A stretch of DNA of 64,000 nucleotides, taken from NCBI GenBank assembly GCA_919901745.1, contig CAKKPP010000004.1, forward strand, positions 121,818 to 185,817. Reading direction: 5' to 3'. This DNA is from Chloroflexota bacterium. Its GTDB lineage: Bacteria > Chloroflexota > Limnocylindria > Limnocylindrales > CSP1-4. This document shows, piece by piece, positions 38,987 through 49,108 of the stretch (positions within the stretch are counted from its first letter, which is position 1; every line of letters starts with the position of its first letter). The notes beneath the pieces were generated by a model, which saw only the letters and a list, made by a program, of their open reading frames with translations, had not been told where the DNA came from and made no database searches. The translations under genes were made by a program, and so were the position numbers.

Positions 38987-40438
38987 TCAGTCGACGTCGG
39001 CCCGGTCACTCTCGGGCGCGCCCTCGATCGGGCCCGCCCCGGCGTCGGGCGGCGAACTGTCGTCGGTCGGAGCCATCCCTTCGCGCTCGATGATCACGCG
39101 ACCCACGCCGGCCGCCTCCAGCTCCGCGGCGAACGCGTCGGCATCCCCGACGAGAACGATCGCGGCCCGGTCGGGCAGGACATGCTCGACGGCGGCCCGC
39201 TGGACGTCGTCCACCGTCACAGCCTCGATCGAGGGTCGGTAGCGCTTGAGTTCGTCGTCGGGCAGGTCATGGGTCACGATCCCGGCGAGGGCGCCGACCA
39301 CGGGTCCGGGAGTCTCGAAGCGGAGCGGGAAGACCCCGATCAGGAAGTCTCGCGCGCCGCGCAATTCGCCGTCCGTGACCCGGGCGTCTCGCATCCGGGT
39401 GAGTTCCCCGAGCATGTCGACGATCGCAGGCACCGTGACCTCGGTGTTCACGGCGGCGCGCGCGGCAAACGGGCCCGGCGCCCGGCGCAGGTCGAACGAC
39501 GCGCCCGAGCCGTACGTGTAGCCCTTCTCCTCGCGAAGCTTCATGTTGAGCCGGGAATTGAACAACCCACCCAAGATCGTGGCCATCACCGATACGGCGT
39601 GGAAGTCGGGGATGCGCCGTGCCATGCCGATGTGCCCGATCCGGATCTCGGTCTGCACGGCTCCCGGCCGATGGACGACCCGGACGAGCCGCTCGGACAA
39701 GGCGGGATCGGCGATCGGCGGGTCCGACGGCGCGGCCTCTGCGGCCGCCGACCAGCCGCCGAACAGATCGGCCGAGAGGGCGGGAACGTCGATGCCGACG
39801 AGATCGCCGCCCACGATGAGGGTCATCCGGGCCGGATCGAACCCTCGACGGTAGGCGGCGCGAAGGGCAGCCGGGTCGAGGCCGTGAACGGTCTCGCGAC
39901 GACCCCCGGCGGGCCGATGGTAGGGCGACGCCGCGCTGAAGATCGTCGCGGAAAATGCCTCCTCCACGCGCCGGCGCGGGTCCGCCCTGGCCTGGAGGAG
40001 GTCGTTCAGGCGCTCGTCGCGGAGGCGCTCGACCTCGCTTTCCGGAAACGTGGGGCGGCCCGCCATTTCGGCGAGAAGCTCCAGTGCTGCACCGAGACGC
40101 GAGACGGGAACGTCGACACCCGCGCTCAGCGCATCCCAGCCGGCCTCCGCATGAAGGGATGCGCCGAGCCGCTCGGTTGCCTCGGTCAGGGCGATCGCGT
40201 CGTAACGCTCCGTTCCTTCCGACAGGGCCCGGGCCGCCATCACGGTCGCTCCGGCGTGCTCGGCCGGTTCGCCGGCCGCTCCGTTGCGCAGGAGGAGCGT
40301 CGCCGAAATGAGCTCTCTCCCCGGGATGTGCACGGCGATCACCGACAGGCCGTTCGCAAGACGCGTTCTCTCGAACGGCGGGAAGTCATACGGCCGTGGC
40401 GTACCGGGGGTCGGACGCGTGGCAACGATCGGGCTCAT
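38987..40438 (-). CDS. M16-family peptidase, non-catalytic (no HxxEH) subunit
   Basis: Pitrilysin fold regions without the inverted zinc motif. 4-nt overlap with the upstream active M16 gene. Confidence 0.7.
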   Translation of the reverse strand: MSPIVATRPTPGTPRPYDFPPFERTRLANGLSVIAVHIPGRELISATLLLRNGAAGEPAEHAGATVMAARALSEGTERYDAIALTEATERLGASLHAEAGWDALSAGVDVPVSRLGAALELLAEMAGRPTFPESEVERLRDERLNDLLQARADPRRRVEEAFSATIFSAASPYHRPAGGRRETVHGLDPAALRAAYRRGFDPARMTLIVGGDLVGIDVPALSADLFGGWSAAAEAAPSDPPIADPALSERLVRVVHRPGAVQTEIRIGHIGMARRIPDFHAVSVMATILGGLFNSRLNMKLREEKGYTYGSGASFDLRRAPGPFAARAAVNTEVTVPAIVDMLGELTRMRDARVTDGELRGARDFLIGVFPLRFETPGPVVGALAGIVTHDLPDDELKRYRPSIEAVTVDDVQRAAVEHVLPDRAAIVLVGDADAFAAELEAAGVGRVIIEREGMAPTDDSSPPDAGAGPIEGAPESDRADVD

Positions 40439-41784
40439 GCGGCCACCTCGGTGTCGGCGGACGCGGCGGTCTCGGACTCATCGACCGGCTTCGACACGGT
40501 CGCCGCGGGGTCCGGTTCGGGCAGGTACGTGAGAACGACCCGATTGTCCGGGCGGAAGACCTGCGCGGCCACCTCGCGAACGCGTTCCGCGGTCACCGAC
40601 AGGTACCGAGCGAGCATGCGGTTGATGAGGTCCGGATCGTCGAACAGCATCGCGTACATCGACAGCCGGTCCGCTCGCTCCTCGACCCGCTGGAGGGCCC
40701 CCAGCTCATCGGCCTCGGTGAGCGCCTTGGCACGTGCCAGCTCGTCGTCCGAGACCAGCTCGTCGGCGAAGCGCTCGAGTTCCTCCATGAACGCGGCCTC
40801 GACGCGCTCCACGGGGACGCCCGGCCGGACCGTCGCCCAACCGGCGACGATCGACGCACCACCGACGAATCCGAGCGCGAACAGGGCCACGTCCTGCGCG
40901 ATTCGCTCATCGCGCACGAGGCGCCGGTGCAGGCGGCTTCCTCGCCCACCAGCCAGGATGTGTCCCGCGAGGTCCAGGGCGTCGAGCCGCTCGTCGCCGA
41001 ATGCGGGTGCACGGAAACCCCAGTAGATCCGCGGCAACTCCACCTTGTCGTGGACCGTCTCGCGGCGCTCCTCGCCGAGGACCGCCGGGAGTGACAGGTC
41101 GCCCAACGGCGGGATCGCCGGATTCGCCGCAATGCCGCCGAAGTAGCGCTCGACCCAGGCCCGGGCCTGGGGCGGGTCGACATCGCCGACGATGCTCAGA
41201 ACGGCATTGTTCGGCGCGTAGTAGGTCCGGAAGAAGCCGCCGACGTCCTCGACCGAGGCGGCGTCGAGGTCCTCCATCGACCCGATCGTCGGGTGATGGT
41301 ACGGATGGTCGGGCGGATAGAGGTGGGCGAACAGCTTCTCGTTCCACGATCCGTACGGGCGGTTGTCGTAGGACCAGCGCTTCTCGTTCTTGACCACCTC
41401 GCGCTGGTTGTCGAGGTTCTCCTGGGAGAGCGCGTCCAGGAGTGAGCCCATCCGATCGGCTTCAAGCCACAGCGCCAGCTCGAGCTGGTGCGAGGGCATC
41501 GTCTCGTAATAGTTGGTCCGATCCAGCCATGTCGTGCCATTCATCGTTCCGCCGGCGGCCTGGACGAGGGCGATGTGCTCGGCCTTCTTGACGTGCGCCG
41601 ATCCCTGGAACATCACGTGCTCGAACAGGTGCGCGAACCCCGTTTTGCCGGCCTCCTCGTGCTTGGAACCGACGTCGTACCAGATGTTGACGGCAGCGAC
41701 CGGCGCGGCATGATCCTCGGCGATGATCAGGCGCAAGCCGTTGGGCAGGCGCTCATCGGTGAATCGGACGACGGGCTGGGGCAT
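40435..41784 (-). CDS. M16-family zinc peptidase, catalytic subunit (HxxEH)
   Basis: GFAHLFEHVMFQGS carries the HxxEH zinc motif. ATG 41784 with GGAAGGA RBS. The track ORF extends to 42240. Confidence 0.8.
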   Translation of the reverse strand: MPQPVVRFTDERLPNGLRLIIAEDHAAPVAAVNIWYDVGSKHEEAGKTGFAHLFEHVMFQGSAHVKKAEHIALVQAAGGTMNGTTWLDRTNYYETMPSHQLELALWLEADRMGSLLDALSQENLDNQREVVKNEKRWSYDNRPYGSWNEKLFAHLYPPDHPYHHPTIGSMEDLDAASVEDVGGFFRTYYAPNNAVLSIVGDVDPPQARAWVERYFGGIAANPAIPPLGDLSLPAVLGEERRETVHDKVELPRIYWGFRAPAFGDERLDALDLAGHILAGGRGSRLHRRLVRDERIAQDVALFALGFVGGASIVAGWATVRPGVPVERVEAAFMEELERFADELVSDDELARAKALTEADELGALQRVEERADRLSMYAMLFDDPDLINRMLARYLSVTAERVREVAAQVFRPDNRVVLTYLPEPDPAATVSKPVDESETAASADTEVAA

Positions 41785-42141
41785 GAGGGCTGGGTCCTTC
41801 CGGGTGGGCACGAGGTTGCCGGGATTGTAGGCCGCGACGGATTGACGAGTACCAAGCTTGACGGGTATTACACCCTGCGCCGGCAGCGGCTCGAGGACGC
41901 ATCGATCGACCTGAAACGATTCCTGGTCGATTAGCCACGCCCTCTCTCGCAGTTCACGCTCGGGTTCGGCGGGCCGGATTGGACGGTGGAACGCACCGCC
42001 GACCGGATCGCGTGGCGCAACCGGCGCAATCTGCAGCGACTCGCCGGCATCGCGGTCTGATCGACGGCGGGCCAAGCGGCCCGAAATCAGGGTCCGAGCG
42101 GCCCGGGCAGCGGTCCAGGTTCGTGGATATCCTGACCCGCG

Positions 42142-42756
42142 ATGACAGACTCCCCCAGGCGCGCGAAGTGGCTTCGCGCCGCCTCGATCGCGGGTGCCTT
42201 CGCCCTGACCCTCTCGATGGTCTCGGTGGCGTTCGCCCATGCCGAGCTCGTGTCCGCCGATCCGGTGGACGGCGCGATCATCGCCGGGACGCCGGAGCAG
42301 ATCCTGCTGCGGTTCACGGAGGCGCTGCTACCCAACAGTTCGATCCAGCTGGTTGGAGCCGAAGGCTCCGTGGCAAGCGGCAGTCCGCTCCCGGACGACC
42401 CGACGGCCATGGCCCTGATCCCCCCGCCGCTGAACCCGGGCTCGTATGTGATCCGCTGGACGGCGGCGACTGATGATGCCCACGTCGAACGAGGGGAGGT
42501 GTCCTTCACGGTCACGGAACTGCCGACTCCGAGCCCGTCGCCAACGCCGGCGCCTTCGCTCGCGACCGACATTCCACCATCGGCTCCGCCACCCACCGCG
42601 TCGCCGGCGCCCTCACCCGACCCGCTGCCTGCCCAATCCCCCACGACCGGAACCGATTCCGGATCGGGCAGCGATGTCGTCGTCGCGCTCGGGGCCGTCG
42701 CCCTGGTGATCGGTGCTGCGACCCTCCTGTTGCTGCGTCGGATGCGCACCCGATGA
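42142..42756 (+). CDS. copC: CopC-domain copper-binding protein with C-terminal membrane anchor
   Basis: Signal peptide then HAELVSADP (N-terminal His of mature CopC). Beta-sandwich region, Pro/Ser/Thr linker, C-terminal TM VVVALGAVALVIGAATLLLL. Confidence 0.75.
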   Translation: MTDSPRRAKWLRAASIAGAFALTLSMVSVAFAHAELVSADPVDGAIIAGTPEQILLRFTEALLPNSSIQLVGAEGSVASGSPLPDDPTAMALIPPPLNPGSYVIRWTAATDDAHVERGEVSFTVTELPTPSPSPTPAPSLATDIPPSAPPPTASPAPSPDPLPAQSPTTGTDSGSGSDVVVALGAVALVIGAATLLLLRRMRTR

Positions 42757-44252
42757 TCCGGTTGATGCGACTTGCGGCCCGCTCGGCCGTCGCGGTCGTC
42801 GGGACCGTCCTCATCGGGGCGATCGTGCCGTCGGCCGTCCTGGCCCATGCGCTGGACGCGACATTCGAGAGCCGGCTGCCGCTCGTCGCGTACCTTGCCG
42901 GTGCGGCCGGCGCGGTGGCGCTGTCGTTCATCTTCGTCCTCGTTCGATCGACACCGGCTGGTCCCTCGGCCGACGATCGCGACGACGAGCATCGAACGAT
43001 CACCGTCCCTGGCTGGATGCGCATCGCGCTGCGGGCCAGCGGCCTGCTCGCGTGGTCGTGGATCCTGGCCCAGGGCATCATCGGGGGCTCGTCGGACGCG
43101 GACGTCATGACGCTGTTCCTGTGGGTCTACGGGTGGGTCGGCGTCGCGATCGTGTCGGCCTTCATCGGTCCCATCTGGCACTGGCTGGACCCGTTCGCCA
43201 CGCTCTACGACATGGGCGCCTGGGTGATCCGACGCGGGCAAGGTCCGGGCGACGAGGCGGGCGGTGAGGCCCGCGGTGAGGCTGGCGGTGACGACGAATG
43301 GACGGACGACGAGGTCACGACTGTACCCGGGCTCGGTCGCTGGCCGGCCGTCGCGGGACTGGCGCTCTTCATCTGGCTTGAACTCGCCATGGGAGGCGGT
43401 GGACGCACGCTCTTCATCGTGGTCATGGGGTATACGGCCGTCACGCTCACCGCGATGGCCCTCTACGGCCGCGACACGTGGCGATCGTCGGGCGAGACGT
43501 TCTCGGTCTGGTTCGGACTCCTCGGCAGGATGGCGCCACTGGCAACCGCCGGCGACGGGGTGCTGCGTCGAAGGGGGTTTGCCGTCGGGGTCCTCGATCG
43601 CGGCTGGACGGTTCCCGACGTGGTCCTCATCGCCCTGGGAATCGGTTCCATCCTGTTCGATGGGCTATCCCAGACGCAGCTCTTCTTCGATCTCTTCGGC
43701 GCGCCGCCACCGATCGCGATCACGGTGATCCTGGGCGCCTTTCTCGCGCTGGTGACCTCGCTTGCCCTCAGCGCGGCCCGCTGGGTCGGCCTGGCGGCGG
43801 CCGGCGCGGGCCTGCTGCCGATCGCCGTCGGCTATCTCGTGGCCCACTACCTGACGTTCCTGCTCATCGACGGCCAGCGGATCCTCGTCGCGATCTCCGA
43901 CCCGTTCCAGCAGGGCTGGGACCTGTTCGGGACGGCGTTCTTCGAGCCGAGCGGAGCGTGGTTGCCGCCCGGGCTCGTCTGGACGTTCCAGCTCCTGGCC
44001 GTGGTCGGGGGGCACATGATCGGGGCATGGGCCGGCCATGCTGCCGTGGCCGAGGTCGACCCCAACCCGGCGGGACAGCGTTGGCTGGACGGCCGGATTC
44101 GGCAGATCCCCCTCGCGCTCGTGATGGTCATGCTGACGACGGTGACGCTCTGGTCGCTTGGCCAGGCCGTCGTGAAGGAGCCGGCGGAGACACCCGTCAC
44201 CGCCACGGCCGTCGCTGTCAGCTCGCGCTCGGCCGGAACCTCGGCGCCCTAG
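42753..44252 (+). CDS. Polytopic membrane protein, possibly CopD-like, co-transcribed with copC
   Basis: 4-nt overlap with copC. At least 10 hydrophobic helices. Conserved His-containing segments (WHWLDP, HYLTFLL, GGHMIGAWAGHAA). The family assignment is tentative. Confidence 0.5.
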   Translation: MIRLMRLAARSAVAVVGTVLIGAIVPSAVLAHALDATFESRLPLVAYLAGAAGAVALSFIFVLVRSTPAGPSADDRDDEHRTITVPGWMRIALRASGLLAWSWILAQGIIGGSSDADVMTLFLWVYGWVGVAIVSAFIGPIWHWLDPFATLYDMGAWVIRRGQGPGDEAGGEARGEAGGDDEWTDDEVTTVPGLGRWPAVAGLALFIWLELAMGGGGRTLFIVVMGYTAVTLTAMALYGRDTWRSSGETFSVWFGLLGRMAPLATAGDGVLRRRGFAVGVLDRGWTVPDVVLIALGIGSILFDGLSQTQLFFDLFGAPPPIAITVILGAFLALVTSLALSAARWVGLAAAGAGLLPIAVGYLVAHYLTFLLIDGQRILVAISDPFQQGWDLFGTAFFEPSGAWLPPGLVWTFQLLAVVGGHMIGAWAGHAAVAEVDPNPAGQRWLDGRIRQIPLALVMVMLTTVTLWSLGQAVVKEPAETPVTATAVAVSSRSAGTSAP

Positions 44253-47200
44253 ACGGGAAGTGCCGCACCGATCGGAGGGCGCAGTGCGACCCATTCGGCC
44301 AGCGGTCGAACCTCGGCAAGGCGATCCATGACCGCCGGATCGAGCGCCTCGGCGGCGGCCATCGCCGTCTCAACGGCCGTGAGGCACAGGATCCCCTCGG
44401 CGGTTGCGGCGTGCCGGATCTCGGCCGCGTCGCGGACCGCCCCGGAGCGGGGCGTGGGCGTGTTGACCACGAGGCGGACCTCGCCCGAGGCGATGCACGC
44501 CAGGATGTCCTCCTCCCCGACGGCCGGATCGGCCACATCGCCGAGCTTCGCAACGGGCCGCGCGTCGAACCCGGCCACACGCAGTGCCTCGCGGGTTCCG
44601 GGCGTCGCGGCCAGGAGGTAGCCCGCACGGATCAGCCCCGCCGCCAGGCGCGGGAGCGCGTCCTTGTCGCGATCCGCGATCGTCAACAGCGCGGTCGGCG
44701 GCGGAGCGCCGACCTCGGGACGGGGCGGGACGAGGGCGGCTGCACGCAGCGCCTTCGCGAGAGCGACCGCCGGCTCGGCATGGAGCCCGATGACCTCGCC
44801 GGTCGACTGCATCCCGGGGCCCACTGACGGGTCGACGCCGCGAAGCTTCGCCGTCGAGAACGCCGGCGCCTTGACCGCGACGAGCGGCGGCGGCGGCAGG
44901 TGTCCTGTCCCCCACCCCAGGTCGGCCAGGCGCTCGCCGAGCGTGACCCGGACGGCGAGCTCGACCATCGGCACGCCGGTCACCTTTGACAGGAACGGCA
45001 CCGTCCGCGAAGCGCGGGGGTTGACCTCGATGAGGTACACGCCGTCCTCACGGACGATGAACTGGGCGTTGACGAGTCCACGGACCCCAAGCGCCAGGAC
45101 CACCCGTTCCATCGCCGCGACGATGAGCGCCTGGTCGCCGTCGGAGACGGTCTGAGGCGGGAAGAACGCCACCGAGTCACCGGAATGAACGCCGGCCCGC
45201 TCGATGTGTTCGAACAGGCCCGGAATGAGCACATCGACGCCGTCGGACACCGCGTCCACGTCAACTTCAAGCCCCTCGAGGAACCGATCGATCCGCACCG
45301 GACGGTCGGGGTCGACGACCGTGGCGGCCGCGAGCTGGCGTGTCAGGTCATCTGCGGAGTAGCAAAAATCGATCGCCAGCCCGCCGATGACGAAGCTCGG
45401 TCGAACGATGACCGGATACCCGATTCGCTCGGCGATCGTGAGGGCCTCCTCGACCGAGTGGGCCATCCCGCCCTCCGGCTGCGGGATCCCGAGCCGATCG
45501 AGGAGCGCCGCGAACCTCGTTCGTTCTTCGGCCTGGTCGATCGCCTCGAGGTCGCTGCCGAGGAGCGGGACGCCCCCGTTCGCGAGGGGTGCGGCAAGGT
45601 TCAGCGGGGTCTGCCCGCCGAACGCGACGACGGCCGGCAACAAGTCCTCGGGCCGCGCACCCGCGCCCGACTCGGCATCCACGATCGAGCGGACGCTCTC
45701 GAGGTCGAGTGGCTCGAAGTAGAGGCGTGTGGACGAGTCGAAGTCGGTCGAGACCGTCTCCGGGTTCGAGTTGACCATGACCGCGCTCCAGCCCAGCTCG
45801 CGGAGGGTGTCGGCCGCCTGGACGGCGCAGTAATCGAACTCGATCCCCTGCCCGATCCGGACCGGACCGCTGCCGATGACGAGGGCGGCCGGTCGAGGAA
45901 CCGGAGGCGCCTCCGGCGCTGAGCCGCTTGCCGCATAGGTCGAGTAGAAGTACGGCGTCTCCGCGGCAAACTCGGCGGCACAGGTGTCGACCATCGCGTA
46001 GCCGGGGACCAGCCCAACAGCCAGGCGGGCTTCGCGCACCGCGCCGCGTGGCAGCCCGGCCAGCCCCTCCAGCTCGTGGTCACCGAACCCGGCCCGCTTG
46101 AGCGTGACCAGCAGCGAGACCATTTCGGGGTCGGTGCTGTCGGCCAGGCTCGGACCGGCCGTCCGCGTCGCGGCTTCGAGGTCCACGTTGCGGCGCAGCT
46201 CCGTGAGGAACCACGGCGCGATCCCGGTGGCGATCTGGATCTCGGCCTCGGGCACGCCACGCCGGAGCAGACCGAGCACCCGCCAGAGACGGCTGTCGGA
46301 CGGGGCGACGAAGCGGCGGAGGACGATCGGGGCAGCCGTTCGCTGGGCGTGGCGAGTCGACTCGCACGCCGTCCCGCTCTCATCGATCCAGCGGATCGGG
46401 GCATCCAGGTCGGCGTCGTCGTCGTCACGAGCTCCCAGCGCCGCGGCGAGGTAGTCGAACGTGGGTGCCCATGCCGGATCCTCGGCGAGTGGCCCGACGC
46501 CGGCCTGCTCCAGGCCGCGCAATGCCTTGTTGAGCGCCGAGCCGAACGTTCGGTCGATCGCCATCACTTCGCCCGTTGCCTTCATCTGGCTGCCGAGGCT
46601 TCGATCGGCGGTCGGGAACTTGTCGAACGGGAAGCGCGGGAGCTTGACGACGACATAGTCGAGCGCCGGCTCGAACGCCGCGACGGTGGTTTTCGTGATC
46701 GCGTTGGGGATCTCCGCGAGCGTTCGCCCGATCGCGATCTGCGCCGCAACCCGCGCGATCGGATAGCCGGTCGCCTTCGAGGCCAGCGCCGACGAACGCG
46801 AGACGCGCGGGTTCACCTCGATGACCGCGTACTCCGTTGCGTCCGGCGAGAGGGCGAACTGGACGTTGCAGCCACCCTCCACGCCGAGCGCCCGGATGAT
46901 CGCCAGGGCTGCGCTCCGCAGCCGCTGGTGGACGGCATCGGTCAACGTCTGGACGGGCGCGACAACGATCGAGTCGCCGGTGTGGACGCCCAGCGGGTCG
47001 ACGTTCTCCATCGAGCACACGGCGATGCACGTGTCGTCGGCATCGCGCATGACCTCGTATTCGACCTCCTGCCAGCCCACGAGACAGCGCTCGACCATGA
47101 CCTGCTTGATCGGGCTGGCGCGCATGCCGGCGCGGATCCGCTCCCGGTAGGCCGGTTCCGTCTCGACGATCCCGCCACCCGTGCCGCCGAGCGTGAACGC

Positions 47201-47746
47201 CGGCCGGATGATCGCCGGCAGGCCGATCTCCGCGAGCGCCGCATCGGCGGCCGCGTCCCGTGCAGCCGGCGTTGCACCCTCGACGATGGCCGACGGAGCG
47301 TAGGGCTGCCCGATCCGCTCGAGCATGTCGCGGAATGCCTCGCGATCCTCGGCCATGCGGATGGCCTCCAACGGCGTTCCGAGGAGGCGGACGTTGTGTC
47401 GCTCCAGGACGCCGGCCGCGGCGAGATCCATGGCGAGGTTCAGCGCGGTCTGACCGCCGAGGCCCGCGAGGAGTCCCTCCGGCCGCTCGCGGATGATGAC
47501 CGCCTCGACCGCCTCGACCGTGAGCGGCTCGAGGTAGACGGCGTCGGCGACCGTGACGTCGGTCATGATCGTGGCCGGGTTCGAGTTGACGAGGATGGTT
47601 CGAACGCCCTCGGCCCGGAGCGCGCGGCAGGCCTGGGTGCCCGCGTAATCGAACTCGGCCGCCTGGCCGATGACGACGGGCCCGGAACCAAGAATCAGCA
47701 CGCTGGCCGGCCGGGCAACGCCCTTCGCGACTCGCTCCCCGGTCAT
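44249..47746 (-). CDS. carB: Carbamoyl-phosphate synthase large subunit
   Basis: Two ATP-grasp halves (ILVNSNPATIMTD...; VMVNSNPETVSTD...) and an MGS-like C-domain. 1165 aa. Confidence 0.9.
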   Translation of the reverse strand: MTGERVAKGVARPASVLILGSGPVVIGQAAEFDYAGTQACRALRAEGVRTILVNSNPATIMTDVTVADAVYLEPLTVEAVEAVIIRERPEGLLAGLGGQTALNLAMDLAAAGVLERHNVRLLGTPLEAIRMAEDREAFRDMLERIGQPYAPSAIVEGATPAARDAAADAALAEIGLPAIIRPAFTLGGTGGGIVETEPAYRERIRAGMRASPIKQVMVERCLVGWQEVEYEVMRDADDTCIAVCSMENVDPLGVHTGDSIVVAPVQTLTDAVHQRLRSAALAIIRALGVEGGCNVQFALSPDATEYAVIEVNPRVSRSSALASKATGYPIARVAAQIAIGRTLAEIPNAITKTTVAAFEPALDYVVVKLPRFPFDKFPTADRSLGSQMKATGEVMAIDRTFGSALNKALRGLEQAGVGPLAEDPAWAPTFDYLAAALGARDDDDADLDAPIRWIDESGTACESTRHAQRTAAPIVLRRFVAPSDSRLWRVLGLLRRGVPEAEIQIATGIAPWFLTELRRNVDLEAATRTAGPSLADSTDPEMVSLLVTLKRAGFGDHELEGLAGLPRGAVREARLAVGLVPGYAMVDTCAAEFAAETPYFYSTYAASGSAPEAPPVPRPAALVIGSGPVRIGQGIEFDYCAVQAADTLRELGWSAVMVNSNPETVSTDFDSSTRLYFEPLDLESVRSIVDAESGAGARPEDLLPAVVAFGGQTPLNLAAPLANGGVPLLGSDLEAIDQAEERTRFAALLDRLGIPQPEGGMAHSVEEALTIAERIGYPVIVRPSFVIGGLAIDFCYSADDLTRQLAAATVVDPDRPVRIDRFLEGLEVDVDAVSDGVDVLIPGLFEHIERAGVHSGDSVAFFPPQTVSDGDQALIVAAMERVVLALGVRGLVNAQFIVREDGVYLIEVNPRASRTVPFLSKVTGVPMVELAVRVTLGERLADLGWGTGHLPPPPLVAVKAPAFSTAKLRGVDPSVGPGMQSTGEVIGLHAEPAVALAKALRAAALVPPRPEVGAPPPTALLTIADRDKDALPRLAAGLIRAGYLLAATPGTREALRVAGFDARPVAKLGDVADPAVGEEDILACIASGEVRLVVNTPTPRSGAVRDAAEIRHAATAEGILCLTAVETAMAAAEALDPAVMDRLAEVRPLAEWVALRPPIGAALPV

Positions 47747-48897
47747 CTGCCGGCCCGCACCGCTGCGGCAGACACGAAGCGATCGAACACGGCGAGCGCA
47801 TCGAGCGGACCCGGGGCGCCCTCGGGGTGGTATTGCACCGTCTCGATTGGAAGGACGCGGTGCCGGAGGCCCTCGACCGACCCGTCATTGAGGTTGACCT
47901 GGCTCACGAAAAAGCCGCTGTCGGTCGGCAGTGAATCGGCCACGACCTGGACCTCGTGGTTCTGGGCGGTCACCTGGACGAGGCCCGTCTCGATGTCGCG
48001 CACCGGGTGGTTGGCGCCGTGATGGCCGAAGCGGAGGCGCCGTGTTTCCGCGCCGGCGGCGCGGCCGACGATCTGGTGGCCGAGACAGATGCCCAGGAGG
48101 GGTCGACCGTCGGCGACGATCGCGCGGGCCAGGGCCACCGGCCCGGCGAGACGTGCCGGATCGCCCGGGCCGGGCGACAGGACCACGCCGTCCACGTCCG
48201 GGGCGAGGACCTCGATTGGCGTCGCCGTGTGCGGCAGGATCCGGATCCGCGCACCGCGCTGGCGCAGCGACCGCACGATGTTCTCCTTCAAGCCGAAGTC
48301 GACGATCGCGATTCGCGGTCCGTCCTCGCCCGGATCCCCGATGTCGCGCACGGCCGCGCGCGAGACCTGGCCCACGAAGTCCTGGTCCTCCCAGCGCGGA
48401 ACCGCACGAGCTGCGCCGGACGCAGCGCGCCGGTCCAGCCGGCCGGGTTCCAGGATCGCGCCGCGCAGGCACCCGTTGGCACGCAGGTGACGCGCGAGGG
48501 CCCGGGTATCGATCCCGGCGATGGCCGGGATGTCGTGGTCACGCAGAAGTCGCGCGAGCTGCCGCGCGTCGTCGAGGACCGCGGCGGTGGCGTTGGCCAC
48601 GATCAGGCCACGCAGCCACGGCCGAACTGACTGGTCGTCGGCACCGATGCGCCCGTAGTTCCCGATGAGCGGATACGTCATGACGACGATCTGTCCGGCG
48701 TACGAGGGATCGGTACAGACCTCCTGGTACCCGGTCTGGCTCGTGTTGACGACGAGATCCCCACCCGAGGCGACGGGAGCTCCGAAGGCGACACCTTCGA
48801 AGATCGTGCCGTCCTCCAGGGCGAGAAGAGCGGGCCCGCGGTCTCCAACGCGAGGGTCGACGACCGAGGAGGCGAGCGGCGTGAGGACGTGGCTCAC
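47743..48897 (-). CDS. carA: Carbamoyl-phosphate synthase small subunit (glutamine amidotransferase)
   Basis: CPSase_sm N-domain and GATase triad region (GICLGHQ). ATGA overlap with carB. Confidence 0.9.
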   Translation of the reverse strand: MSHVLTPLASSVVDPRVGDRGPALLALEDGTIFEGVAFGAPVASGGDLVVNTSQTGYQEVCTDPSYAGQIVVMTYPLIGNYGRIGADDQSVRPWLRGLIVANATAAVLDDARQLARLLRDHDIPAIAGIDTRALARHLRANGCLRGAILEPGRLDRRAASGAARAVPRWEDQDFVGQVSRAAVRDIGDPGEDGPRIAIVDFGLKENIVRSLRQRGARIRILPHTATPIEVLAPDVDGVVLSPGPGDPARLAGPVALARAIVADGRPLLGICLGHQIVGRAAGAETRRLRFGHHGANHPVRDIETGLVQVTAQNHEVQVVADSLPTDSGFFVSQVNLNDGSVEGLRHRVLPIETVQYHPEGAPGPLDALAVFDRFVSAAAVRAGR

Positions 48898-49108
48898 GAC
48901 GGAACAGAGGGGGTGTCGGGGTGCGGCGCGGGGCGCGGCGGCCCGTCGAGGGACCCGGACACGGTCGACCAGCCTCCTTTCCGGCCTCTCAGGACCGGTT
49001 CCCCGGCCTCTCAGGACCGGTGCTCAAGGACGCCTCGAAGGGTAGCAGCACCGGGCCGTGACGTCCGGCCGCCGAACGATCGCGAACTTCGCGAGGACCG
49101 CTCTCGAG

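Noticed and set aside
38708-41026. 772-aa plus-strand ORF
   Set aside because: Antisense to the two M16 peptidase genes, which carry clear HxxEH/pitrilysin features on the minus strand.
46076-48022. 648-aa plus-strand ORF
   Set aside because: Antisense to carB/carA.
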